Shown here one piece after another: positions 15,822-23,224 of a DNA stretch of 32,000 nt. Every line of letters begins with the position of its first letter. Positions within the stretch are counted from its first letter, which is position 1. Source of the DNA: Pseudomonas aeruginosa (GTDB lineage: Bacteria; Pseudomonadota; Gammaproteobacteria; Pseudomonadales; Pseudomonadaceae); contig NZ_LN831024.1 of assembly GCF_001457615.1 (NCBI RefSeq), forward strand, positions 270,001-302,000, read 5' to 3'. Both the position numbers and the translations under genes were made by a program. The notes under the pieces were generated by a model. That model saw only the letters and a list, made by a program, of their open reading frames with translations. It was not told the DNA's origin and did no database searches.

Positions 15822-18557
15822 TTATTCGCTCTCAATCTCCAGATTGATTTTGAAAGTTGAGAAAGAGTTACTGCCCTCCTTGAGCGATGAGGTAATTGCT
15901 GCCCCTAGTTTTGGGTTAAGTTCGGTTGCAGAGAACTCTGATTTCTTATTGCACGGTTTCACTATGGGGGAACCGGAGTTTTCTGTGGTTTTGTCGTACC
16001 AGAAGCACTCCATTCCACTCACGCTGTCAGTCGTTTCGAGCCAGAATATTAGTGGGAATAGCGGAAGAGCAAATTCGCTTTCGGTCTCAGTTAGGACTGC
16101 TAGTGTTCTTGGCTTCTGCTTGCTACTTTCAAAGGCATGTGATTTGGTAAACGGAGGGACGTCGTGGGCGACTTTGAAAACTCCAGTGAATTTGTCATCT
16201 TCAAATGGTTTTTGCTCCATGTCTGTCATGTAGCCGAATAGCTTTCCTCGCATTAGTTTTGTGCAGCAGCTGATCACTAAGGAAAGATGGCTATGGTAGT
16301 CGAACGCATTATCCTCAAGCTTTTCGTGCTTGTGATTGTTAAATTCAGATATCGCTCTTTCAAGTAAGGTGTCGTTCTTTTCTAGGAATGACCTTATTGG
16401 TTTTGAAAATTTTGCAGAGTTACCTAGGGCCTCTATTGACTGTTTTAGTACTGACTTAAGTGGCCCCATGGAGCGATGTTGGAAGTTTTTAAATATTCTT
16501 CCTGCTTTTTTATTGGAGTACAGCTCGGCCACTGTGACATAGGTCATGAATGCTAATGCGGCCTCAAATGCTTCACGTGCAACCGTAGCTGATGTGGTGG
16601 TGTTCTTCACATCAAGATACTTTCTCAGAGGATAGGCTACAGGGTATGGCAGATAGCTTATGGAGTCACTGAGGCTAGTCCACGTGGGGTCGTTTGAGCG
16701 TGCAGCAGTGATCTTAACTTGATCTTGTGTTAGAAGGCACAGAGAGGAGCAGCTTGTGCCAAAGTCGAATCCAATATAGTTCTTGGGTGATGATGTACTT
16801 GTAATGCCCGTTGTCATGTCTATGGCGAATGGCCTGCCTTCGACAGTGGCTCCTTCTACGCCATTTTCTTTGTTAGGCATCTTATATATGAAAGAAGGAT
16901 ATACGGTTCCATCTTCCTTTATTAGCAAGTCAACTGTTATGTATGAGTCAAACTGCTTGTTATCTCTGGTGTAAATAACTTGATTTTCGCTATTGTATAC
17001 TTCGTTATCTTCAGTTAGTCCTGAGTCGCTTGGCTTTGAGAATACATATGTTAGTTTGCTTTTTGGTGGCTTTGATAGGCGGATTTTCCATTGCAGGTGT
17101 TCGTTTATAAAGTTGTGGAGGGCTTGCGCGGAGGGCATTAAGTCTCCGGGTTTGACTCCATTCATATCTATCTTTTCGCCAACGGACGAGAAGTTTCTAG
17201 TCTGTTCTGATTCTTCTTCGTCTGGCTTCAGGGATAGCTTTAACGGGTTGTAGGTTACAGAGACAAATTCGCTTTCTTGTTCATAGAACCTTCTCGCGCA
17301 TTCAATTGCTAATCCATTTGCTACAACCTCTTGGAACGACTGAGATATAGGAACCGGAGTTGCGCCTTCAAGTTCGTCAGAAAAGTCACGGTCAAGAAAC
17401 TCCATTAACCATCGAATGTTGGAGGAACCTCCGGATATTAGTGTTACTGTTATTGATTTGCCATTTAGTTTCTCTTCAGCGGTCCTGAATACTCTCCCGA
17501 TCGTCCGCTTTAGATGATTTTCCCATACTTCATTTTCAAATATTTTTCTAAACTGGTGCGCAAAGAATTCATCATCGACCCATTTTGTAGCATCGTCAAA
17601 TGGGTTGATTGGTGTCTTGATAGCTGTTCGTTCGTAGGCTTCACTGTTAAGTGACCAGTTCTTTATTGTTGAGGTGAGATTGATTTTGTATTTTTCGACT
17701 TCTCGTTCTAATATTTTGAAGTTTTCTATGAACTTGGTTTTCTTTTCGCCGAGTGCGGAATAGTTTAGCTCTCCGTTTTTTACTCTTTTGTAGCTGCTGA
17801 TGCATTGGTCGGCTTCTTTTCTCTTTCCTCCCTCTAGATTCCTTTTTATTAGGTACTCGGCTATATGGAAGTTTATTTCAAATCCGCCTACTGCGCAGGA
17901 GTCAGCTGCCAATGGTTTAGAGTGTTTCCCGGTTAAACTTATGTCTCCTTGGCTAGTTGATTCAATTACGCAGGCGTCAAATGTTCCACCTCCGAAATCA
18001 AGAACAAGGGCTATGTGCTTGCTTTTATCTTGTAAATTCGGGATCCGCTGGCCGTAGCGGTAGTATTGATAGACTGCGAAAGGTTCAGGGAGGAAATCTA
18101 CTTCCTCATAGCGATTCAGTATGCGCCGAATGTTTTCTCGATAGTTCTGCATCCAAGTTTTTGTGTGCTTCTCCTCCTTGTTGGAGAAGCTTAGGGGTTC
18201 GGCAACAAGTATTTTGGCTGGGATCTTATGTTGCGCGGAAGTTTCATTTTTTATTTCTTCTTCTAGATCTTTTAGAATTGAGTTCATGAAGGTCTGTGAC
18301 AGGTCAAAGGCGCTTCTATCTTCACCATCATTTGAAGGGGCTAATTTTCCTTTTAATGTGCCTGGAGTATGTTCTCCTAGGTTTATTTTGAAATTGTCAT
18401 TGATTATAAGTCCTTCGCCTTTCTGTAAGGCGGAGTTGCCTATATGGTGAACTTCTGGGCTTTCATAGAAAATTGCAGTGGGGATGTAGCTTTCTTCGCC
18501 AACCGAATATGGCTGGATACTTGTAATCCAAAGATTTTTTGTTTGCGACTCTGCCAT
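15822..18557 (-). CDS. Orphan Hsp70/actin-fold (ASKHA) ATPase-like protein, ~911 aa, with a large uncharacterised C-terminal region
   Basis: ATG 18557 is preceded by AGGGAG at ~10 nt; ATG 18566 and the track's GTG 18623 are alternatives. Hsp70 signatures present are IPTAIFY, LVLDFGGGTFDACVIE (nt 17976-17999 for DFGGGTFD), TLISGGSSNIRW (17409-17441) and EVVANGLAIECA. A second phosphate-1-like IGFDFGTS lies at nt 16752-16775. The gene is AT-rich relative to its flanks. Confidence 0.75.
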   Translation of the reverse strand: MAESQTKNLWITSIQPYSVGEESYIPTAIFYESPEVHHIGNSALQKGEGLIINDNFKINLGEHTPGTLKGKLAPSNDGEDRSAFDLSQTFMNSILKDLEEEIKNETSAQHKIPAKILVAEPLSFSNKEEKHTKTWMQNYRENIRRILNRYEEVDFLPEPFAVYQYYRYGQRIPNLQDKSKHIALVLDFGGGTFDACVIESTSQGDISLTGKHSKPLAADSCAVGGFEINFHIAEYLIKRNLEGGKRKEADQCISSYKRVKNGELNYSALGEKKTKFIENFKILEREVEKYKINLTSTIKNWSLNSEAYERTAIKTPINPFDDATKWVDDEFFAHQFRKIFENEVWENHLKRTIGRVFRTAEEKLNGKSITVTLISGGSSNIRWLMEFLDRDFSDELEGATPVPISQSFQEVVANGLAIECARRFYEQESEFVSVTYNPLKLSLKPDEEESEQTRNFSSVGEKIDMNGVKPGDLMPSAQALHNFINEHLQWKIRLSKPPKSKLTYVFSKPSDSGLTEDNEVYNSENQVIYTRDNKQFDSYITVDLLIKEDGTVYPSFIYKMPNKENGVEGATVEGRPFAIDMTTGITSTSSPKNYIGFDFGTSCSSLCLLTQDQVKITAARSNDPTWTSLSDSISYLPYPVAYPLRKYLDVKNTTTSATVAREAFEAALAFMTYVTVAELYSNKKAGRIFKNFQHRSMGPLKSVLKQSIEALGNSAKFSKPIRSFLEKNDTLLERAISEFNNHKHEKLEDNAFDYHSHLSLVISCCTKLMRGKLFGYMTDMEQKPFEDDKFTGVFKVAHDVPPFTKSHAFESSKQKPRTLAVLTETESEFALPLFPLIFWLETTDSVSGMECFWYDKTTENSGSPIVKPCNKKSEFSATELNPKLGAAITSSLKEGSNSFSTFKINLEIESE

Positions 18558-18641
18558 AATAAGCATGCTCCCTGCTGTGTTAAGCCGGCTTGACTCAAGG
18601 GCCACTCGTTCTAGGCGAGGCACAGCCTAGAAGAAGGCCTG

Positions 18642-18670
18642 ATGTTATGTAGCCATAACATGTTGGCCAA
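18642..18670 (-). promoter_or_regulatory. Candidate sigma70 promoter with an overlapping perfect palindrome upstream of the Hsp70-like gene
   Basis: The minus strand reads TTGGCC-17 nt-TAACAT (-35 at 18665-18670, -10 at 18642-18647). The perfect inverted repeat ATGTTATG-tagc-CATAACAT (18642-18661) covers the spacer and the -10. Confidence 0.35.
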
Positions 18671-19217
18671 CCGCAAGGAGCGTGGGCGTGCACCTTTGAT
18701 TCATCGGAAGGCGTAAGGTGCGGCAGGTTTATAGATGGTGTGGGTTGGTGTGTGCTTAGGAATGAGGTAATTCAGAAGGCGGGGGATTGGAAGGGGAAGG
18801 AGGAATTGATCCTGCTAAGCGGCACTGTTGGCATATCTTGCCAGTCAGCGTAAAGGCTCAGTAGGTCTCATAGAGATGGCTAACGTAGGTCCCGCAGACT
18901 TTTCGGCCAATTTTGGCACTGGCCAACCTTGCCTCTTGTTCAGTTAGGCAGGATTTCGTGACGGTCGTCTCGGCTCGGGGGGGCTTTGCGGCAAATTGAG
19001 TTCTGTCGTGACGCGCACTTGCCGTCCGGTCTAGGATCGGTCAAGAAGATATGAACCTCTTCGGTGTCATTTCTCTTGCGCGCAAGCTATACATGATCGC
19101 CATCTAGGCCACCTTGCGAGTGAGACAGCTACAAGCCCTGGTCTCGCTGGTGCTGTCATCCTGCTGTCACGAGCTTGGGCTTCGCTAGGCGATTTCTCAC
19201 CAAAGCCGCATGAAATC

Positions 19218-19294
19218 TGGCGCATCCGGCGGGATTCGAACCCACGACCCCTGCCTTCGGAGGGCAGTACTCTATCCAGCTGAGCTACGGATGC
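19218..19294 (-). tRNA. tRNA-Arg (anticodon CCG)
   Basis: The minus strand reads GCATCCGTAGCTCAGCTGGATAGAGTACTGCCCTCCGAAGGCAGGGGTCGTGGGTTCGAATCCCGCCGGATGCGCCA. It has a 7-bp acceptor stem, D and T arms (GTTCGAATC), the anticodon loop CT-CCG-AA and an encoded CCA. Its 3' end faces the islet. Confidence 0.95.
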
Positions 19295-19923
19295 AGCGCC
19301 GCGGCTCGCGCGGCAGGCCGCAATCATACGCATCTCGTCGGCGGGAGTCCATTCCATGTGCGTACGTTCGTGATTTCGAACGGAAACGACCGTCCGTCGA
19401 GGATGTGCTCAGAAAAGCAGCAGAATATTCCGACTTTCGTTGATTTTATCGAACGGGGTATTGCCCTTTGTCAGTGGTGGCCCTAGGATTCGTTTGAGAT
19501 TTCAAACGCCCCCAAAGCCACAACAACAGGAGACCGGGGAATTGGCATCAGTTCAGCCGGCCGCGTGCCCCTGGAATGACCTCTTTCTGACCTGCCCGTC
19601 GCTCGTCCGGCCTTTCGCGCTGCCGGGCCGCCGTGGTGCCGGCGTGGCGTTTCGTCCGCAATCCCTTTCCCGCACGAGTCTTTCGTATCCTCCCCGACGC
19701 CTGTCGGCGGTCGCGTTCGTCCGCGTCCGCCCGTTGCGCACGGTGGCCGGCCGGTAACGGCGACGCCGCTGGCACAGGGCGCAGGAAATGGAACACCGGG
19801 GCGCTGGCCCTTTCGAATAACCAGCAGGCAACACTTTCCGGTTACAACCGAACCAGACAACCAGGCACGCGGGGTAGTCGAGGTAGACCCGCTGCTCACG
19901 GCATTCCTCGAAGGAGACAGGTC

Positions 19924-21375
19924 ATGCAACTCAAAGATGCCAAGCTGTTCCGTCAACAAGCCTACGTCGATGGCGCCTGGGTGGATGCCGACAACGGCCA
20001 GACCATCAAGGTGAACAACCCGGCCACCGGCGAGATCATCGGCAGCGTGCCGAAGATGGGCGCCGCCGAGACCCGCCGCGCCATCGAGGCTGCCGACAAG
20101 GCCCTGCCGGCCTGGCGCGCGCTGACCGCCAAGGAGCGCGCCAACAAGCTGCGCCGCTGGTTCGACCTGATGATCGAGAACCAGGACGACCTGGCCCGCC
20201 TGATGACCATCGAGCAGGGCAAGCCGCTGGCCGAGGCCAAGGGCGAGATCGCCTACGCCGCCTCCTTCCTCGAATGGTTCGGCGAAGAAGCCAAGCGCAT
20301 CTACGGCGACACCATTCCCGGCCACCAGCCGGACAAGCGCATCATCGTGATCAAGCAGCCGATCGGTGTGACCGCGGCCATCACGCCGTGGAACTTCCCC
20401 TCGGCGATGATCACCCGCAAGGCCGGCCCGGCCCTGGCCGCCGGCTGCACCATGGTGCTCAAGCCTGCTTCGCAGACCCCGTATTCCGCCCTGGCCCTGG
20501 CCGAGCTGGCAGAGCGCGCCGGCATTCCGAAGGGCGTGTTCAGCGTGGTCACCGGTAGCGCCGGCGAAGTCGGCGGCGAGCTGACCAGCAACCCGATCGT
20601 GCGCAAGCTGACCTTCACCGGTTCCACCGAAATCGGCCGCCAACTGATGGCCGAGTGCGCCCAGGACATCAAGAAGGTGTCCCTGGAGCTGGGTGGCAAC
20701 GCGCCGTTCATCGTGTTCGACGACGCCGACCTGGACGCCGCCGTCGAGGGCGCGCTGATTTCCAAGTACCGCAACAACGGCCAGACCTGCGTCTGCGCCA
20801 ACCGCCTGTACGTGCAGGACGGCGTGTACGACGCCTTCGTCGACAAGCTGAAGGCCGCCGTGGCCAAGCTGAACATCGGCAACGGCCTGGAAGCCGGCGT
20901 GACCACCGGTCCGCTGATCGACGCCAAGGCCGTGACCAAGGTCGAGGAACACATCGCCGACGCGGTCTCCAAGGGCGCCAAGGTGGTTTCCGGCGGCAAG
21001 CCGCACGCCCTCGGCGGCACCTTCTTCGAGCCGACCATCCTGGTCGACGTGCCGAAGAACGCCCTGGTGTCCAAGGACGAGACCTTCGGCCCGCTGGCGC
21101 CGGTGTTCCGCTTCAAGGACGAGGCCGAGGTCATCGCCATGTCCAACGATACCGAGTTCGGCCTGGCGTCCTACTTCTACGCCCGCGACCTGGCCCGCGT
21201 GTTCCGCGTCGCCGAGCAACTGGAGTACGGCATGGTCGGCATCAACACCGGCCTGATCTCCAACGAAGTGGCGCCGTTCGGCGGCATCAAGGCCTCGGGC
21301 CTGGGCCGCGAAGGCTCCAAGTACGGGATCGAGGACTACCTCGAGATCAAGTACCTCTGCCTGGGCGGTATCTGA
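19924..21375 (+). CDS. gabD: Succinate-semialdehyde dehydrogenase (NADP+)
   Basis: 483 aa from ATG 19924 (AAGGAGA upstream): MQLKDAKLFRQQAYVDGAWVDADNGQTIKVNNPATGE...VSLELGGNAP...NGQTCVCANR (ALDH catalytic Glu and Cys motifs). It is followed by gabT. The track's 580-aa version has an unsupported N-terminal extension. Confidence 0.95.
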   Translation: MQLKDAKLFRQQAYVDGAWVDADNGQTIKVNNPATGEIIGSVPKMGAAETRRAIEAADKALPAWRALTAKERANKLRRWFDLMIENQDDLARLMTIEQGKPLAEAKGEIAYAASFLEWFGEEAKRIYGDTIPGHQPDKRIIVIKQPIGVTAAITPWNFPSAMITRKAGPALAAGCTMVLKPASQTPYSALALAELAERAGIPKGVFSVVTGSAGEVGGELTSNPIVRKLTFTGSTEIGRQLMAECAQDIKKVSLELGGNAPFIVFDDADLDAAVEGALISKYRNNGQTCVCANRLYVQDGVYDAFVDKLKAAVAKLNIGNGLEAGVTTGPLIDAKAVTKVEEHIADAVSKGAKVVSGGKPHALGGTFFEPTILVDVPKNALVSKDETFGPLAPVFRFKDEAEVIAMSNDTEFGLASYFYARDLARVFRVAEQLEYGMVGINTGLISNEVAPFGGIKASGLGREGSKYGIEDYLEIKYLCLGGI

Positions 21376-21619
21376 GTCCGGCGAGAAACGCATCCGGAGG
21401 GGCCGGACGGCAGGCAAGAGCTGCGCCGTCCGGTGTCGACGTTGCCGGTGGTGGCACCGGACGAACCGGGAGTCGCGGTCGCCGATCGCGAAGCGGCTCC
21501 GAGCCCTGGCGGGCCTGCAAGTCCCGAGGCAGTCGATCATCGCATGCTGCCTTGGGGAGCTTCCTTCCCGCCTTCATCCTTTGACCCGGCCGACCCGATG
21601 AGCGGCCACTGAGGAAGCC

Positions 21620-22900
21620 ATGAGCAAGACCAACGAATCCCTGCTGAAGCGTCGCCAGGCCGCGGTACCCCGCGGCGTGGGCCAGATCCACCCGGTCGTC
21701 GCCGAGCGCGCCGAGAACTCCACCGTCTGGGACGTGGAAGGCCGCGAGTACATCGACTTCGCCGGCGGCATCGCCGTGCTGAACACCGGCCACCTGCATC
21801 CGAAGGTGATCGCCGCGGTCCAGGAGCAACTGGGCAAGCTGTCCCACACCTGCTTCCAGGTGCTGGCCTACGAACCCTACATCGAGCTGGCCGAGGAAAT
21901 CGCCAAGCGTGTGCCGGGCGACTTCCCGAAGAAGACCCTGCTGGTCACCTCCGGCTCCGAAGCCGTGGAGAACGCCGTCAAGATCGCCCGCGCCGCCACC
22001 GGCCGCGCTGGCGTGATCGCCTTCACCGGCGCCTACCACGGCCGCACCATGATGACCCTGGGCCTGACCGGCAAGGTGGTCCCGTACTCCGCCGGCATGG
22101 GCCTGATGCCGGGCGGCATCTTCCGCGCCCTGGCGCCCTGCGAGCTGCACGGCGTGAGCGAGGACGACTCCATCGCCAGCATCGAGCGCATCTTCAAGAA
22201 CGATGCCCAGCCCCAGGACATCGCCGCGATCATCATCGAGCCGGTGCAGGGCGAGGGTGGCTTCTACGTCAACTCCAAGTCCTTCATGCAGCGCCTGCGC
22301 GCCCTGTGCGACCAGCACGGCATCCTGCTGATCGCCGACGAAGTGCAGACCGGCGCCGGCCGTACCGGCACCTTCTTCGCTACCGAGCAACTGGGCATCG
22401 TTCCTGACCTGACCACCTTCGCCAAGTCGGTCGGCGGCGGCTTCCCGATCTCCGGCGTGGCCGGCAAGGCCGAGATCATGGACGCCATCGCGCCCGGCGG
22501 CCTGGGCGGCACCTATGCCGGCAGCCCGATCGCCTGCGCCGCGGCACTGGCCGTGCTGAAGGTGTTCGAGGAAGAGAAGCTGCTGGAACGTTCGCAAGCC
22601 GTCGGCGAGCGCCTCAAGGCCGGCCTGCGCGAGATCCAGGCCAAGCACAAGGTGATCGGCGACGTTCGTGGCCTGGGTTCGATGGTGGCCATCGAGCTGT
22701 TCGAGGGCGGCGATACCCACAAGCCGGCCGCCGAGCTGGTCAGCAAGATCGTCGTCCGTGCGCGCGAGAAGGGCCTGATCCTGCTCTCCTGCGGCACCTA
22801 CTACAACGTCATCCGCTTCCTCATGCCCGTCACCATCCCCGACGCGCAACTGGAGAAGGGCCTGGCCATCCTGGCCGAGTGCTTCGACGAACTCGCTTAA
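21620..22900 (+). CDS. gabT: 4-Aminobutyrate--2-oxoglutarate aminotransferase
   Basis: 426 aa. MSKTNESLLKRRQAAVPRGVGQIHPVVAERAENSTVWDVEGREYIDFAGGIAVLNTGH... is a class-III PLP aminotransferase with ...TFAKSVGGG (PLP lysine). GAGGAA precedes the ATG. Confidence 0.95.
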   Translation: MSKTNESLLKRRQAAVPRGVGQIHPVVAERAENSTVWDVEGREYIDFAGGIAVLNTGHLHPKVIAAVQEQLGKLSHTCFQVLAYEPYIELAEEIAKRVPGDFPKKTLLVTSGSEAVENAVKIARAATGRAGVIAFTGAYHGRTMMTLGLTGKVVPYSAGMGLMPGGIFRALAPCELHGVSEDDSIASIERIFKNDAQPQDIAAIIIEPVQGEGGFYVNSKSFMQRLRALCDQHGILLIADEVQTGAGRTGTFFATEQLGIVPDLTTFAKSVGGGFPISGVAGKAEIMDAIAPGGLGGTYAGSPIACAAALAVLKVFEEEKLLERSQAVGERLKAGLREIQAKHKVIGDVRGLGSMVAIELFEGGDTHKPAAELVSKIVVRAREKGLILLSCGTYYNVIRFLMPVTIPDAQLEKGLAILAECFDELA

Positions 22901-22925
22901 GCTTCACCGGCAAAGCGATACCCCG

Positions 22926-22955
22926 AGGCCCGCGCGTCCGCGCGGGCCTTTCTTT
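22926..22955 (+). terminator. Rho-independent terminator 1 after gabT
   Basis: AGGCCCGCGCG..CGCGCGGGCCT followed by TTTCTTT. Confidence 0.65.
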
Positions 22956-22956
22956 C

Positions 22957-22988
22957 AGAGGCTTCACGGAAACGGAAGCCTCTTTTTT
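22957..22988 (+). terminator. Rho-independent terminator 2 after gabT (tandem)
   Basis: AGAGGCTTC-acggaaacg-GAAGCCTCT followed by TTTTT. Confidence 0.7.
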
Positions 22989-23224
22989 CTGCCAGGGTTT
23001 TCCGCGAAACGCCCGACGAACGGTTTTCCCCTATTACCCTTGGGCGCCTGGCGCATACGAATCCTCCCGCATTCCTCCGGTCGTACCGTTCGAGGCGATT
23101 AGGACAGGTCCTAGAGGCGCACCGTGTTCGCCCGTCATACCCTTGTGTGCCCGCGGGCCGTGTCGTGCCCGCCTGTCATGCCTGGTGCGTCCCGCTCGGT
23201 TCGCCAGGTTCGAAGAGGAAAGCC

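Larger units (their letters stand above)
11755..19217. other. AT-rich mosaic genomic islet inserted next to the 3' end of tRNA-Arg(CCG); no integrase
   Basis: There is an abrupt composition drop at ~11755-11765 (...ggcgggcctctaacccg|ttctgtaactaattgaatttatttatatttttaat...). Lower-GC DNA continues to the tRNA 3' end at 19218. Contents are a bacteriocin module, IS debris and an orphan Hsp70-like gene. Confidence 0.7.

Noticed and set aside
15799-18450. Several 60-144-aa plus-strand ORFs inside the Hsp70-like gene
   Set aside because: They are antisense to a 2.7-kb gene with strong motifs. Such ORFs arise readily in AT-rich antisense sequence, and none has an RBS or a recognisable motif.
18914-18932. 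TGGCAC ... TTGC, sigma-54-like
   Set aside because: The GG-to-GC spacing is 16 nt instead of 12, and the orientation relative to the Hsp70-like gene is wrong.
19067-19443. ORFs 19067-19357 (-) and 19210-19443 (+)
   Set aside because: Both run straight through the tRNA-Arg gene, so they are artefacts.
19440-19757. 105-aa plus-strand ORF between the tRNA and gabD
   Set aside because: It is Pro/Arg/Ser-rich and has no RBS. It lies in the gabD upstream region and I have no evidence that it is coding.
19483-21540. 685-aa minus-strand ORF
   Set aside because: It is antisense to gabD. The composition (runs of G, A, V, L, D, R) has no motif, and gabD is unambiguous.
21347-22849. 500-aa minus-strand ORF
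   Set aside because: Antisense shadow of gabT.
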